From assembly GCA_965223845.1 (NCBI GenBank), contig CBDCXR010000004.1, positions 2,112,001 through 2,176,000 on the forward strand: DNA of 64,000 bases, read 5' to 3'. This DNA comes from Planctomycetota bacterium. Its GTDB lineage: Bacteria > Planctomycetota > UBA8108 > SXIK01. The translations under genes were made by a program, and so were the position numbers. The notes below the pieces were generated by a model that searched no databases, was not told the origin of the DNA, and saw only the letters and a list, made by a program, of their open reading frames with translations. This document shows, one piece after another, positions 1-12,290 of the stretch; positions within the stretch are counted from its first letter, which is position 1; each line of letters starts with the position of its first letter.

Positions 1-599
1 CGCATCATCTCTTCGTGAAGCCAAATCGCTTTCGCCGGGTATCCAGCCTGACGGAAGGCGTCGCGCGCCTTCGCCATGAGATCGCGGGTGTCCGGGTGAT
101 CGGGGTGCGCTTCGAGAAACGAAAGGATGCCGTTCGCCCCGACGGCGAACTTCTTCGCGGCGAGAAGCTCATCCGCGACCATGTAGCCGTCCTCCGAACG
201 AAACTGCTCCTCGCGCTTCTCCCGCAGCTTCGCGAACGCGAGCTCGTCGTTCATCTCCTTCATCGACGCGAGCGTCTTCTCGAGTCCGTCGATGCGGGCG
301 AGGACCTCGTCGAGCCGCCCCGCCAAACCTCCGCCGGCCGCGCCGCCGTCACCCGGTGCGGGAACGGCGTTGTTCCCGAGCGTCCGCGAGCGCTGGTCGA
401 GCGCGATCGAGAACTCGTCGACGTCAGCTCGGAGGTCACCGATGGCATCGAGAAGCGGAGCGAGAACCGCGTCGCCGTCATCGACGCCGGTGAATTCGAC
501 CGTCGGGACGGAGTTTCTTTGGTCGAGCAAGATCGCGATCGTGCTGGCGTTGCCCACGATGACGATCGCGATGACGAGCGCGGCGGCAGTTTTACTCAC
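1..599 (-). CDS. Membrane-anchored coiled-coil/TPR-like protein, 3' end outside the window
   Basis: Not in the ORF track because it runs off the edge. GTG at 599 preceded by GAGGAG; frame reads MSKTAAALVIAIVIVGNASTIAILL...FLEAHPDHPDTRDLMAKARDAFRQAGYPAKAIWLHEEMM with no stop; hydrophobic N-terminus and TPR-like helices. Confidence 0.7.
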   Translation of the reverse strand, partial: MSKTAAALVIAIVIVGNASTIAILLDQRNSVPTVEFTGVDDGDAVLAPLLDAIGDLRADVDEFSIALDQRSRTLGNNAVPAPGDGGAAGGGLAGRLDEVLARIDGLEKTLASMKEMNDELAFAKLREKREEQFRSEDGYMVADELLAAKKFAVGANGILSFLEAHPDHPDTRDLMAKARDAFRQAGYPAKAIWLHEEMM

Positions 600-689
600 G
601 GTTCACTCCTCAGAGACCTGCGTTTCCTGTCCCCGTCAATTGTGGCTCCCGCGTCCTCTGTCGTCACTCTCGAGTTCGGACAGGAGCCG

Positions 690-1388
690 TCAAAACTCCT
701 CGGTTTCTCCCACGACGACGACCCCGAGCCGTACCGGTTTTTCGTCTTTCTTTCGATTCGGGATCTTGCAGTCGAGCACCCAGAACTCTCGTTCTTCGTC
801 TTCCTCGAGCGCCGGCTTTTCCTTCGGTTCGCTGAAGAGCCGGACGAGATAGAGAATGGCGGGGTGTTTTCGGCCGGAGACCTTCGTCGCGAGCTCGAGG
901 AGGTCCTTCGCCGGTACCGGCCTGGGCGACTTGTCCTCTTTCGCTGCGCAGAGGAGCAGAAAGTCTCTAGTCTCAGAGACGCCCTGGTGATCCCCGTCTT
1001 CGGGCTGCGTCGCCTTTCGTAGCGTTACGACCCCGGCGGGAAAGCGCCGACCGCGAAAGTCCTTCGTCCTTGCGTGGTAGCGCGCGACGGCGACGAGCGC
1101 GCCCTCGGGGATGGTCCCGAAGTCGACCCCGTCCACTGCGATGTCGGGCTTCCTCGTCTCGATCGTCCGGCGAAGCCAGAGATCGAGATAGGGCTTCCCA
1201 TCGGCGCCGACGATCCGGAGTCCCTTCGGCGAGATCTCGGCGCGGACCTCCTCTGAAATCGAGTCTTTCGGAACGGGCTCGTCGAGCGCCTTCAGCTGGT
1301 AGGCGTCTGCCGCGTGGACGGCAGTCAGCGTCGAAGCGAGAAGGACGAATCCGGCGCACGTGAGAGTCGGTCGGAGCTTTCGAGTCAT
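690..1388 (-). CDS. Secreted hypothetical protein
   Basis: 232 aa ORF with signal peptide (FVLLASTLTAVHA); co-oriented with the neighbouring cluster. Confidence 0.75.
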   Translation of the reverse strand: MTRKLRPTLTCAGFVLLASTLTAVHAADAYQLKALDEPVPKDSISEEVRAEISPKGLRIVGADGKPYLDLWLRRTIETRKPDIAVDGVDFGTIPEGALVAVARYHARTKDFRGRRFPAGVVTLRKATQPEDGDHQGVSETRDFLLLCAAKEDKSPRPVPAKDLLELATKVSGRKHPAILYLVRLFSEPKEKPALEEDEEREFWVLDCKIPNRKKDEKPVRLGVVVVGETEEF

Positions 1389-1524
1389 GGCAAGGTGTAC
1401 GGAACCGCAAGGGGTGAGCGGGGACGGAATCGGTCGAGGAGGGTGAGACGAGAACGAGCCGGCTCTCCTTCACCGCTACGGGTGAACGAGCACCGGCTCG
1501 CACGTAGGACGAACGGGATCCGAT

Positions 1525-2220
1525 TCAGATTTTGAACCGGCCGACGAGCGCACTCCGCGCGTTCGGACTACTCCAGCGAGGCCCGAGAGTCTTGCCGCGG
1601 TAGAAGTGAACGACCGTCTTCGCGCACTCCGCGCCCGTGGTCTTCGCGAGCGCAGGGTAGAACTGGTCTTCGTTCCCGCAGATGAGATCGCAGTGGGCGC
1701 GAAGCGGGGTCGTCTCGAGCTTCACGACCGGGTTTTTTCCAACCTGCACGGCGACGCGCATCCCCTCTCGCCGGTACGAGATCTCAGCCGACTTGACCTT
1801 GAGAATCCGCTTCGTGTACGCCGGTGCGAGGTTCTGAACGAGCCCGACGAGCGCTCGCCGCTGGGCTTTCGTGGCGCGTGAGTCGCAGTAGGCGACTCCG
1901 CGGACGGCCCCCTCGACATCCGTGCCGAGCGTTCCCTCGGCATCGATCGAGAGGACGATGACGAGTCCGTCGAGTCGCGTTCCCAACCACGAGCCGCGGT
2001 CGATCTTCCACGCGAGTACGGCGTGGTCGCCCCGCAGGTTCATCTCGCCGTTCGCAAAACACGGCCCGGTCCACACATCGCAGGTCCGCGCTTCGGCGTA
2101 CTCGCCGACGATCGTCGGTGTGGGCTCGGAGCCGACGAGCGACCCCGCCCCGAGTGCGATCGAGAGGACGGCTCCGCAAGAGACGAGCTGCTTCCAGCTC
2201 GGAGATGAGTTCAGATTCAC
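1525..2220 (-). CDS. DUF1326 domain-containing protein (exported, putative metal-binding)
   Basis: EARTCDVWTGPCFANGE motif typical of DUF1326; GTG at 2220 preceded by GGAGGAG; signal peptide. Confidence 0.75.
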   Translation of the reverse strand: MNLNSSPSWKQLVSCGAVLSIALGAGSLVGSEPTPTIVGEYAEARTCDVWTGPCFANGEMNLRGDHAVLAWKIDRGSWLGTRLDGLVIVLSIDAEGTLGTDVEGAVRGVAYCDSRATKAQRRALVGLVQNLAPAYTKRILKVKSAEISYRREGMRVAVQVGKNPVVKLETTPLRAHCDLICGNEDQFYPALAKTTGAECAKTVVHFYRGKTLGPRWSSPNARSALVGRFKI

Positions 2221-2419
2221 GGGATCTCCTCCGTATCCGCAGGAATCGCGATCCCCAACTCGGGGAAGCACGCTCGGGCGTCCAGCGGTCCGAGCGGCAG
2301 ATTCAGCTATTCTCAGAAGAGACCGCCGAGCGATCAACCCCCGATTCCGCGCGCCGGCAGGACCGGGCCCACTGCCCGCGCGATCGACGGGCCGAGAACG
2401 CGGCCGGACTCGAGCGCGA

Positions 2420-2668
2420 TCAGGTCAGATCCGCCACGTCGACCGTCGTTTCGAAGCACGCGCGGCGCGCTCCGCACTCGCGCAGATTCACCGGGCGATC
2501 ATCGGGTCCGCGCCCCGTCTGCGTGCAGTCGCACCAGTACGCCGTCGTATCGGAAGACGACGACGGCACCTCGAGCTCGCGCGCCTCGTTCGGATCCAAG
2601 TCTTCGTAGAACATCTGCTTACACCGCAGGTGCAAGCACTTCTTTAGGTGGTCGAACCTCGTCGCCAT
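2420..2668 (-). CDS. Small Cys-rich hypothetical protein (82 aa)
   Basis: CLHLRCKQMFY...YWCDCTQTGRGPDD...C...RACF; AGGAAGGA upstream of the ATG at 2668. Confidence 0.7.
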   Translation of the reverse strand: MATRFDHLKKCLHLRCKQMFYEDLDPNEARELEVPSSSSDTTAYWCDCTQTGRGPDDRPVNLRECGARRACFETTVDVADLT

Positions 2669-2819
2669 CGGAGTGTCCTTCCTCGAACTATGTCCCAAAG
2701 CCTAGCGTGTTTCGGCAGAACCAACCTTTGTCCCATGGGGTGAAACGGGCCGAAGTCGGGGTGAATCCGCGCCGCCCCGCCGTGCCGGCGAGGGGGCGTC
2801 GCGAACGCCGCCTCTAGGG

Positions 2820-3797
2820 CTAGTGCCAAGCTCCATTCGCCGCGACGAGAACCGCACGCTCAACCGCTGTCCGCGTCGCGGTGACTTTGTACGCGTTCTG
2901 GGAGAGCGGCTGCGCGCCCGCGACCGCCGCCGCGGCAGCCGCGCGAGCAACTTCGGCGGTCACGCGCTTGCCGCGGAGAGCGCTCTCGGCCCCGGTCGCC
3001 CGCTTCGGCGTCGGCGCGACTGCGCCGAGACACACGCGAGCGTCCTTGCAGGTGCCGAACGACATCTCGAGCGCGACGCTCGCGAGCGTGATCGGCCAAT
3101 CGTGCGCCGCCTTCTGCCGAACGTCGTAGGTGGCGCTGTTCGCGCGCGCGGGTCCGACGACGACACGGGTGACGATCTGATCCGGCCGCGCCACGTTTTC
3201 GCGCGTGACGTCGCTGCTCGGGGACGCAAAGAACGACTCGAGAGGCATGCGCGAGCTCCCGTTCGCATCGGCGAGCTCAACCTCCGCGCCGAGCGCGATC
3301 AGCGCCGGTGCCAAGCTCGATGGATGCACCATCACACAGGGGCTCGACGTGTCGAAGATCGCGTGAAACTCGTTCTCACCGGTCTTGGCGGGGCAGCCGC
3401 CCGCGCCCTTCTTCGCGCAGTCGAAGTTGCCGTGCGCGTAGTACCAACACGACGGCCGCGCGCAGAGGTTGCCGCCGACCGTCGCCCGGTTGCGAATTTG
3501 GGGCGTCGCGATCGCCGCCGCGGCTTGGTGGAGCGCCGGATAGTCGCGCGCGACCGCGGCGTTTTTGAGTAGCGCGGTGAGCGTCACGTTCGCACCGATC
3601 GACAAGCCGTCGCCGTCGGGAGCGACGCTGTCGAGTCCGCCGATCGACTTCAAATCGACGACGACGTCCGGCTCGACGACGTGTTCCTTCATGAGGTTGA
3701 GAAGGTTCGAGCCGCCCGCGAGGGCGACGGCGTTTCCGCCGAGAAGCTTCGAAGCCTGGGCCGCGCTCGTCGCGGCAGTGTACTTGAACGATTTCAT
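2820..3797 (-). CDS. Xanthine dehydrogenase family FAD-binding subunit (PaoB/YagS-like, with probable 4Fe-4S insert)
   Basis: AGGSNLL, PQIRNRATVGGNL, Cys cluster CARPSCWYY...CAKKG...C, C-terminal LGAVAPTP. Confidence 0.92.
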   Translation of the reverse strand: MKSFKYTAATSAAQASKLLGGNAVALAGGSNLLNLMKEHVVEPDVVVDLKSIGGLDSVAPDGDGLSIGANVTLTALLKNAAVARDYPALHQAAAAIATPQIRNRATVGGNLCARPSCWYYAHGNFDCAKKGAGGCPAKTGENEFHAIFDTSSPCVMVHPSSLAPALIALGAEVELADANGSSRMPLESFFASPSSDVTRENVARPDQIVTRVVVGPARANSATYDVRQKAAHDWPITLASVALEMSFGTCKDARVCLGAVAPTPKRATGAESALRGKRVTAEVARAAAAAAVAGAQPLSQNAYKVTATRTAVERAVLVAANGAWH

Positions 3798-3874
3798 GAT
3801 CTGTCTCGTGGTCTCGTGGCTGGGGATTCCTCAGGTCGGATTCCGAGGTCGAGGAGCGGCGCCGGAGCGCGACC

Positions 3875-5989
3875 TCAACCCAGAGCTTCGAGCACCTTTC
3901 GCGGCGTGATGGGAATCGACGACACTCGGACTCCGATCGCGTTGCACACCGCGTTCGCGATGGCGGAGGCCGTCGGAATCGTAGGCGGTTCACCGATCCC
4001 GATCACCCCGCGCTCGGGGTAATCGAGGAGGTGGACATCGATGTCGCCGAGATCCGAATGCCCGGCGAGCTTGTACCACTCCATGTCGGCGTTGAGTTGA
4101 CGTCCCGTGTCGAGATCGAGTCGACGGTCTTCGAAGAGACCGTAGTTGATCCCCATGACGACACCGCCGATAACCTGGCTCTCGCAGAGGAGTCGATTCA
4201 TGACGAGGCCGCAGTCCGCGACCGCGACGAGACGCTCGAGGCGCACTTCGCCCGTCCCGACGTCGACGGCGACCTCGGCGAACTGAGCCCCTCCCACGCC
4301 TTGGCTCGACATGCCGCGCCCTTCGCGTCGATCGCCGCTCTCCGTCAGCGGATCGAGCCCGAGGTGGGCGCAAGCCTGCGCCCAGGTGAGCGACTTGGCC
4401 GGCGCACTCTTCGAGCGCACGCGGCCGCCGTCCGCAACGAGGTCGTCGGCGGCGACGCCGAGCGCCGGCGCGACGACTCCGAAGAGCTTCGTGCGGGCCT
4501 TCTCCGCCGCTACCGCGACCGCCAGGCTCACGCCGCCGCATGTCGTGCTCCCGCCGCTTCCCCCCGCAGCGGGGTACGCGGAGCTTCCGACGAAGCCGGT
4601 GATCTGCGATGGCTGGAGCCCGAGGATCTCCGCGGCGACCATCGGGACGAGAGTCGTCGTGCCGACGCCGATGTCCTGCGAGCCGCAGCGGAGCTCGACC
4701 TGTCCGGTCGGATAGATCGTGCAGCTCGCCTGCGCGCGTCCGGCGGAGCCGCCCCAGGTGCTGAGCGCACAACCGAGGCCGCGCTTGATCGGCCCGGACG
4801 TCGGATCGCCGCGTCCGTGACGCTTGGCGAACCAACCGATCTTCTCGGCGCCGAGCTGAAGCTCTCGCTCGTAGATCGGCTTGAGCGTTCGCATGCGGGC
4901 GTTGTGATCCGGCAGATTCTTCAACCGAAACTCGACCGGATCGACTCCGATCTTGTCCGCCAGGTCATCCATCACTTGCTCAGTGATGAGAGAACCCTGC
5001 GGGTGCCCAGGCGCTCGCATCGCGCGGCGATCGCCGGCATTCACCTTCACGTCCTTGTGCGCGCGGCGTTTCGATTTCGGCTCATAGATATAAGGAAGAG
5101 GAAAGCCGGCGCCGCCGGAGTGCCCGCCTGTTCCCCAACTGTCGGCATCGAATGCGATCAGCTTGCCGTCGGCATCGACCCCCGCCTTCACGCGAGCGTA
5201 GGCCGACGGTCGATTGCCGCCCGCGACGTGCTCTTCGTCGCGATCGAGCATCAACTTGACCGGCCGTCCGGCCTTCTTCGCGAGCTGAGCCGCGACGATC
5301 CCTTGGACGTCGGGTCCGAATTTGCTCCCGAAGCCGCCTCCCATGAAGGGCGCGTTGCAAGTCACCTTGAGATTGGGGATGTCCTTGAACGCCGAACGGA
5401 GGCCGTTCGCCGTTCCGCCGACGGCCTGGGTCGAGGCGTAGACGACGAGCTCGTCGGATGAGATCCAGTGCGCAACGAGACCGTGCGTCTCGAGACACAC
5501 GTGGGTGACGACGGGTGCGCCGTAAAATCCTTCGACCGTCGTCGCCGCGGACTCGAGAGCGGCCGCGACATCGCCCGCCTCCTCGGTCTCGCCTTCGCGT
5601 ACGCCTTCGCCGCCACCCTCGAGTCCCTGCGCCTCCGACGATACGTGCGGAAGAACGTCGAACTCGGCGCGCACGGCGCGGAGAGCGTCGCGTGCGACCT
5701 CCTCGGTCTCCGCGGCGATCGCGACGATCTCGTCACCGGCGTAGTGGAGCTCGCCGCCGGTGTCCTTGATGACGTGCGTCGCGCGCACGCCCGGCATCGC
5801 TTCGACCGCCGAAAGGTCCATGCTCTTCAGCCGCGCGTGGGCGTGCGGCGAGCGGTAAATCTTCGCGTGCAGCATCCCGGGAAGGTTGCGGTCGTACGAG
5901 TATTTCGCCCGACCGCTCACCTTGAGCGGACCGTCCATGCGGCGCACGCTCGACCCGATGACCTTGCGTTCAGTTGGCCAAGCTGGCAT
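3875..5989 (-). CDS. Xanthine dehydrogenase family molybdopterin-binding subunit (PaoC/YagR-like aldehyde oxidoreductase)
   Basis: DGPLKVSGRAKY, GGGFGSK, AMRAPGHPQG, QDIGVG, catalytic GIGEPP; ATG at 5989 with GGAGG RBS. Confidence 0.93.
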   Translation of the reverse strand: MPAWPTERKVIGSSVRRMDGPLKVSGRAKYSYDRNLPGMLHAKIYRSPHAHARLKSMDLSAVEAMPGVRATHVIKDTGGELHYAGDEIVAIAAETEEVARDALRAVRAEFDVLPHVSSEAQGLEGGGEGVREGETEEAGDVAAALESAATTVEGFYGAPVVTHVCLETHGLVAHWISSDELVVYASTQAVGGTANGLRSAFKDIPNLKVTCNAPFMGGGFGSKFGPDVQGIVAAQLAKKAGRPVKLMLDRDEEHVAGGNRPSAYARVKAGVDADGKLIAFDADSWGTGGHSGGAGFPLPYIYEPKSKRRAHKDVKVNAGDRRAMRAPGHPQGSLITEQVMDDLADKIGVDPVEFRLKNLPDHNARMRTLKPIYERELQLGAEKIGWFAKRHGRGDPTSGPIKRGLGCALSTWGGSAGRAQASCTIYPTGQVELRCGSQDIGVGTTTLVPMVAAEILGLQPSQITGFVGSSAYPAAGGSGGSTTCGGVSLAVAVAAEKARTKLFGVVAPALGVAADDLVADGGRVRSKSAPAKSLTWAQACAHLGLDPLTESGDRREGRGMSSQGVGGAQFAEVAVDVGTGEVRLERLVAVADCGLVMNRLLCESQVIGGVVMGINYGLFEDRRLDLDTGRQLNADMEWYKLAGHSDLGDIDVHLLDYPERGVIGIGEPPTIPTASAIANAVCNAIGVRVSSIPITPRKVLEALG

Positions 5990-5994
5990 GGCGA

Positions 5995-6699
5995 TCACCT
6001 CCCTCCTCGCATCCGCGCGGCGGCATTCTCGACCGCCTTCGCCGCGTTCGGCTGAGTGCCGCACCGGCAGATGTTTCCGTCGAGACCGCGCCGGATCTCA
6101 TCCTTCGACGGACTCGAGTTCTCGCCGAGAAGGGCGACTGCAGCCATGACGAATCCGGGAGTGCAGAATCCGCACTGCGATCCATCGCACTCGACGAACT
6201 CCTCCTGCACCGGATGGAGTTTCGCTCCGTCCGAGAGACCTTCGACCGTGGTGATCTCGCGTCCCTGCGTCTCGATCGCGAGCACGCCGCAGGCGTAGAC
6301 GATCTCGCCGTCCAGCATCACGGTACACGCGCCGCACGACGAGCGATCGCAGACGCGTTTCGGCCCAGTGACGTCCGCGACTTCCTGCGTGTCGATTTGA
6401 ATGTGGTTACGGATCGCGTCGAGAAGCGTCACCCGTGGCTCGAGCCGCATGGACAGCGTTTCGCCGTTCACGCGGAGACGCACCGGAACCGCGTCGGGCC
6501 CCCAGTCGTCGGCTCCCGTGCGCACGGCGCCCGGCCCCTTCGCGGCGAGCGCGTCGGCCGCCGGCAAGCTGGCGGCGGTGGCGCCGATGCCGAGGGTCTG
6601 GAGAAACGATCGTCGGCTGACGCTCGACGATTCTTCACTCGGCGCGGCTTCCGACTCAAGATCGGGGTCTCGGCCGCGGCGGTCTCGAGATTGCTTCAT
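5995..6699 (-). CDS. (2Fe-2S)-binding subunit with Tat signal (PaoA/YagT-like)
   Basis: SRRSFLQ twin-arginine motif; CDRSSCGAC, QCGFCTPG, GNICRCG. Confidence 0.93.
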   Translation of the reverse strand: MKQSRDRRGRDPDLESEAAPSEESSSVSRRSFLQTLGIGATAASLPAADALAAKGPGAVRTGADDWGPDAVPVRLRVNGETLSMRLEPRVTLLDAIRNHIQIDTQEVADVTGPKRVCDRSSCGACTVMLDGEIVYACGVLAIETQGREITTVEGLSDGAKLHPVQEEFVECDGSQCGFCTPGFVMAAVALLGENSSPSKDEIRRGLDGNICRCGTQPNAAKAVENAAARMRGGR

Positions 6700-7058
6700 C
6701 GGCGCTCCTTTCCGCACTTCGACTCGCGAGCTCGACAGTCGGGGACGAGACTCCAATCGCGGACGACAGTGCGCGGACAGCAGATCGTCCAGACCGAGAC
6801 GGCGTCTCGGTCCGGCGTGCTCTGAATCAGTTTTCGCTCATTGGAACCGCCCGGACCCCGCTCCGTCGTCCGGCGACGCACTCGGCGCGACCCAGTCCTA
6901 ACTCACCATCTCCGGCAGCAACGAATCCCGCGCACCGGAGCTCGACCCAGCCCCAGAGATCGAGTGCCGTCCGTGTCGGGACGCGCCTCGAGGATCTCCG
7001 GAGGCGAGTTCGTTGTAACGGCGGGAGGGAGACCCCAACAAGGAGAAAGTGCCGCGGA

Positions 7059-7751
7059 TCAGCGCGCTGCGCGGTCGACGGCCTTCTCTCGAAGCTCGAC
7101 CTCGCCCTGGCAGCACGCGCAAGGTCCGGGATCGACGCCGCGGATCGCGCACACCTCGCACCAGTAATAGACGTCGTACCGAACTCCGTCGCGAATCCAG
7201 AGCCAGCCGCTCACCTCGAGGAGCTGCGAGCCGGGAAAAATGCGACCGGAGAGAACGAGCGAGTGCTTGCGAAAGCGCTCGTCGACGAAGAGCGCTTCGG
7301 AGTGCGGCGTACGCACGAGTGTGAAGTAGCGCGGCCCATTCTTCGCGTCGACGCGAAAACCGTAGAGGTGATCGTGCACCGGATCGACCGCGGCACCGAA
7401 TCGGGCTCTCAATTCTTCGGCGAGGCAGACGACTCGGCCGGTCTCGCGAAACGCGCGCGGAGTCTTCGCCGCATCCGTCGAAGTGCGCTGCGCATCGTCG
7501 TCGGTCGGGTGGCTCGGGCGATCCGATTCGCTCGGCGATGGCGCAGGGTCCGTGACGTCGATCGGCGCGCTCGCGCGCCCGAAGAACGCATCGCCGCTCG
7601 CGCTCGGCGCGGACATCGTTCCGCAAGCCGAGAGACCGAGAGCGAGGGCACTTAGCACCATCGCCGATCGCGCGAACGATCCGATGCAAACACGGCCCGA
7701 ACGCGCGAACCGTGCGGAGGACGTGATCTCGGTGGAGAAGAGAATCGTCAT
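7059..7751 (-). CDS. Hypothetical lipoprotein with C-terminal Cys-rich metal-binding ribbon
   Basis: Lipobox LGLSAC; C-terminal YYWCEVC...PGPCACCQGEVELRE; start uncertain (7751 or 7661). Confidence 0.7.
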   Translation of the reverse strand: MTILFSTEITSSARFARSGRVCIGSFARSAMVLSALALGLSACGTMSAPSASGDAFFGRASAPIDVTDPAPSPSESDRPSHPTDDDAQRTSTDAAKTPRAFRETGRVVCLAEELRARFGAAVDPVHDHLYGFRVDAKNGPRYFTLVRTPHSEALFVDERFRKHSLVLSGRIFPGSQLLEVSGWLWIRDGVRYDVYYWCEVCAIRGVDPGPCACCQGEVELREKAVDRAAR

Positions 7752-7934
7752 CGCCTTCACGATAGGTGGTGGGTTTGAGTCCGTCAACGCCGGGCGATCG
7801 GCGGCTCCTTTCCCTCGAGAGGGACTCGAGTGCGGGCCGGAGGCATGAGCTCGAATCACTCTCCGGTCGTGCGTCGACCGCACCGACCAGGGTACACTCG
7901 AGATCTCACTCCCCACTCGGCTGAATGCCCATCG

Positions 7935-9077
7935 ATGGACAACGTCTACCGCACCGCTCATGAGCTAGCGGCGGCCCGCACGCCCTTCGCCCTTGCGACA
8001 GTCGTCTACACCCGCGGCTCGACGCCGCAGAAGCCGGGGGCGAAGCTCATCGTCGAGGCCGACGGCTCCGCCATCGGGACGCTCGGCGGCGGCTGCGTCG
8101 AGGCGGACGTTCGCACGGAAGCGCGAAAGATGCTCGCCGAGGCCCGCGGCGCCGAAGTGCGTCGATTTCGTCTCACCGAGGACATCGCCTACCGCGACGG
8201 ACTCGTCTGCGGCGGCAACATGGAGATCCTCATCGATCCGGTGCACGAGCCGGCGGACGTCGTGCACCTCCTCGAGGAGATCGTCTCGGCGCTCGAGGGA
8301 GGCGGTGATCGTGCGATCGCGTTCGCGTACGCGGCGGGCGAGAGCGACAACTCGCGAGACCGCACGAGCGACGATTCTTGCGCCAAGTCGTTCATTCGCC
8401 CCGACGGAGAGAGCACCGGCTCGCTCGAGCCCCCGAAACTCGACGACGAAATCCGCACACGCGCTCGCGCGCTCATGCCGCGCGGGGGAATCGAGAGCGT
8501 CCGAACCGACGACGGACGTCGCGTGTACGTCGAGACGTTTACGACTCCAGCGACGATCGTCATCGCCGGTGGGGGGCACGTGGGGAAGGCGATCTACACC
8601 TTCGCGACGCTCCTCGGATTCCAGACGATCGTGATCGACGATCGCGAATCATTCGCCAGCGCGACGCGTTTCCCAGAGGCCCGCGTGATCCACGACGACT
8701 TCGTCGCCGCGATTCGCGGACTCAGCCTCGGACCGAATCACGCGGTGATCGTCGCCACCCGTGGACACAAGCTCGACGACGTCACTCTTCTCGAGGCCGC
8801 GCGTTCCGGTGCGGGTTACGTCGGTCTGCTCGGCAGTCGACGAAAGGCGATGATGATCCTCCGAGACCTCCACCTGGCCGGCATCCCCGACGAGCGCCTC
8901 CGCGACATCCGTGCGCCGGTCGGACTCGATCTCGGCGGTCGGCGTCCAGACGAGATCGCACTCAGCATCGTCTCCGAAATCGTCGCGCTGCGAAACGCGC
9001 GCACCGGCGGAACGATGAGCATGGTCGACGATGAGATCCTCGCAAAGGTGAAATCTCTCGCCGAACGGGCACCGTGA
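7935..9077 (+). CDS. xdhC: XdhC/CoxF family molybdenum cofactor insertion chaperone
   Basis: GSTPQKPGAK, GTLGGGCVE, GLVCGGNM, AGGGHVG, YVGLLGSRRK, PVGLDLGG..PDEIALSI. Confidence 0.92.
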   Translation: MDNVYRTAHELAAARTPFALATVVYTRGSTPQKPGAKLIVEADGSAIGTLGGGCVEADVRTEARKMLAEARGAEVRRFRLTEDIAYRDGLVCGGNMEILIDPVHEPADVVHLLEEIVSALEGGGDRAIAFAYAAGESDNSRDRTSDDSCAKSFIRPDGESTGSLEPPKLDDEIRTRARALMPRGGIESVRTDDGRRVYVETFTTPATIVIAGGGHVGKAIYTFATLLGFQTIVIDDRESFASATRFPEARVIHDDFVAAIRGLSLGPNHAVIVATRGHKLDDVTLLEAARSGAGYVGLLGSRRKAMMILRDLHLAGIPDERLRDIRAPVGLDLGGRRPDEIALSIVSEIVALRNARTGGTMSMVDDEILAKVKSLAERAP

Positions 9078-9703
9078 GCGATCGTCGAGTGGCGGCGATT
9101 CTTCTCGCCGCCGGGGAGTCCTCGCGCATGGGGCAGCCGAAAGCGCTTCTCGAGTGGGAGGGCGTCCCGCTCATCGAGTATCAGATTCGACAGCTCGCCG
9201 GCGTTCCCGTGTCGTCGCAGGCGGTTGTTCTCGGGCACGAGGCGGACAGGCTCCGGTCCGTCGCCGAGCGTGCGCTCGGCGACGCTCCCGGAGTGATCGT
9301 CGAGAACGCGTCCTACCGCGACGGGAAAACGACCTCCATCATCGCGGGCCTCCGCGCTCTCGAGCTAGCGGGCGAGTCCGTTCTCATCCTCGCCGTCGAC
9401 GAGCCGCGCTCGGATACGTTCCTCCGGCGGCTCGTCGCTGCGCATCGGAGCGCGAGCCGCTCGATCACCGTCCCTTCGGTCGGCGAACGGCGCTGTCACC
9501 CCCCGGTCTTCTCGAGCGAACATCTGGAAGAGCTCTTCGCGATCGAAGAGCGAAGCTACGGCATTCGCGCAGTTCTAGAGCGCCACGCGGCCGCCATCGA
9601 CACGATCGAATTCGGCGCCGCGAACGTCCCCAGCTTCAATACTCCCGCGGAGTACGTGCGAGCGCGCGGCGGGGATTCTCCGAGAAGGAACCCGGACGAG
9701 TGA
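9074..9703 (+). CDS. mocA: Molybdenum cofactor cytidylyltransferase (MocA-like NTP transferase)
   Basis: ILLAAGESSRMGQPKALL N-terminal motif; GTGA overlap with xdhC. Confidence 0.85.
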   Translation: MSDRRVAAILLAAGESSRMGQPKALLEWEGVPLIEYQIRQLAGVPVSSQAVVLGHEADRLRSVAERALGDAPGVIVENASYRDGKTTSIIAGLRALELAGESVLILAVDEPRSDTFLRRLVAAHRSASRSITVPSVGERRCHPPVFSSEHLEELFAIEERSYGIRAVLERHAAAIDTIEFGAANVPSFNTPAEYVRARGGDSPRRNPDE

Positions 9704-9731
9704 GCGGGAAATACGAACCGTTCGTCGCGAT

Positions 9732-12104
<2,373 letters not shown>

Positions 12105-12290
12105 GGGCGAGCGGTGCGCGTACAAGAGTCGAGGACGAAACGGAGCTCGCCGGCGCCGGCGGTCAACTCGCGAACTCGATCGCTCAAGATACTCGAGCCC
12201 ATCGCAACGGAACAGAGAGCGCCCCGTCGACAGCCCAGGTCGGGGTAGAGATACCTTGCGGAGTCCGGGACAATAGCTTCCGGGATTGCC

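Noticed and set aside
15-1022. 335-aa plus-strand ORF and the many other long Arg/Ala/Pro-rich alternative ORFs
   Set aside because: Antisense or off-frame shadows of well-supported genes, expected in high-GC DNA with few stop codons
3875-5989. Aerobic CO dehydrogenase large subunit (coxL)
   Set aside because: Active-site loop is AMRAPG, not AYxCSFR or AYRGAGR
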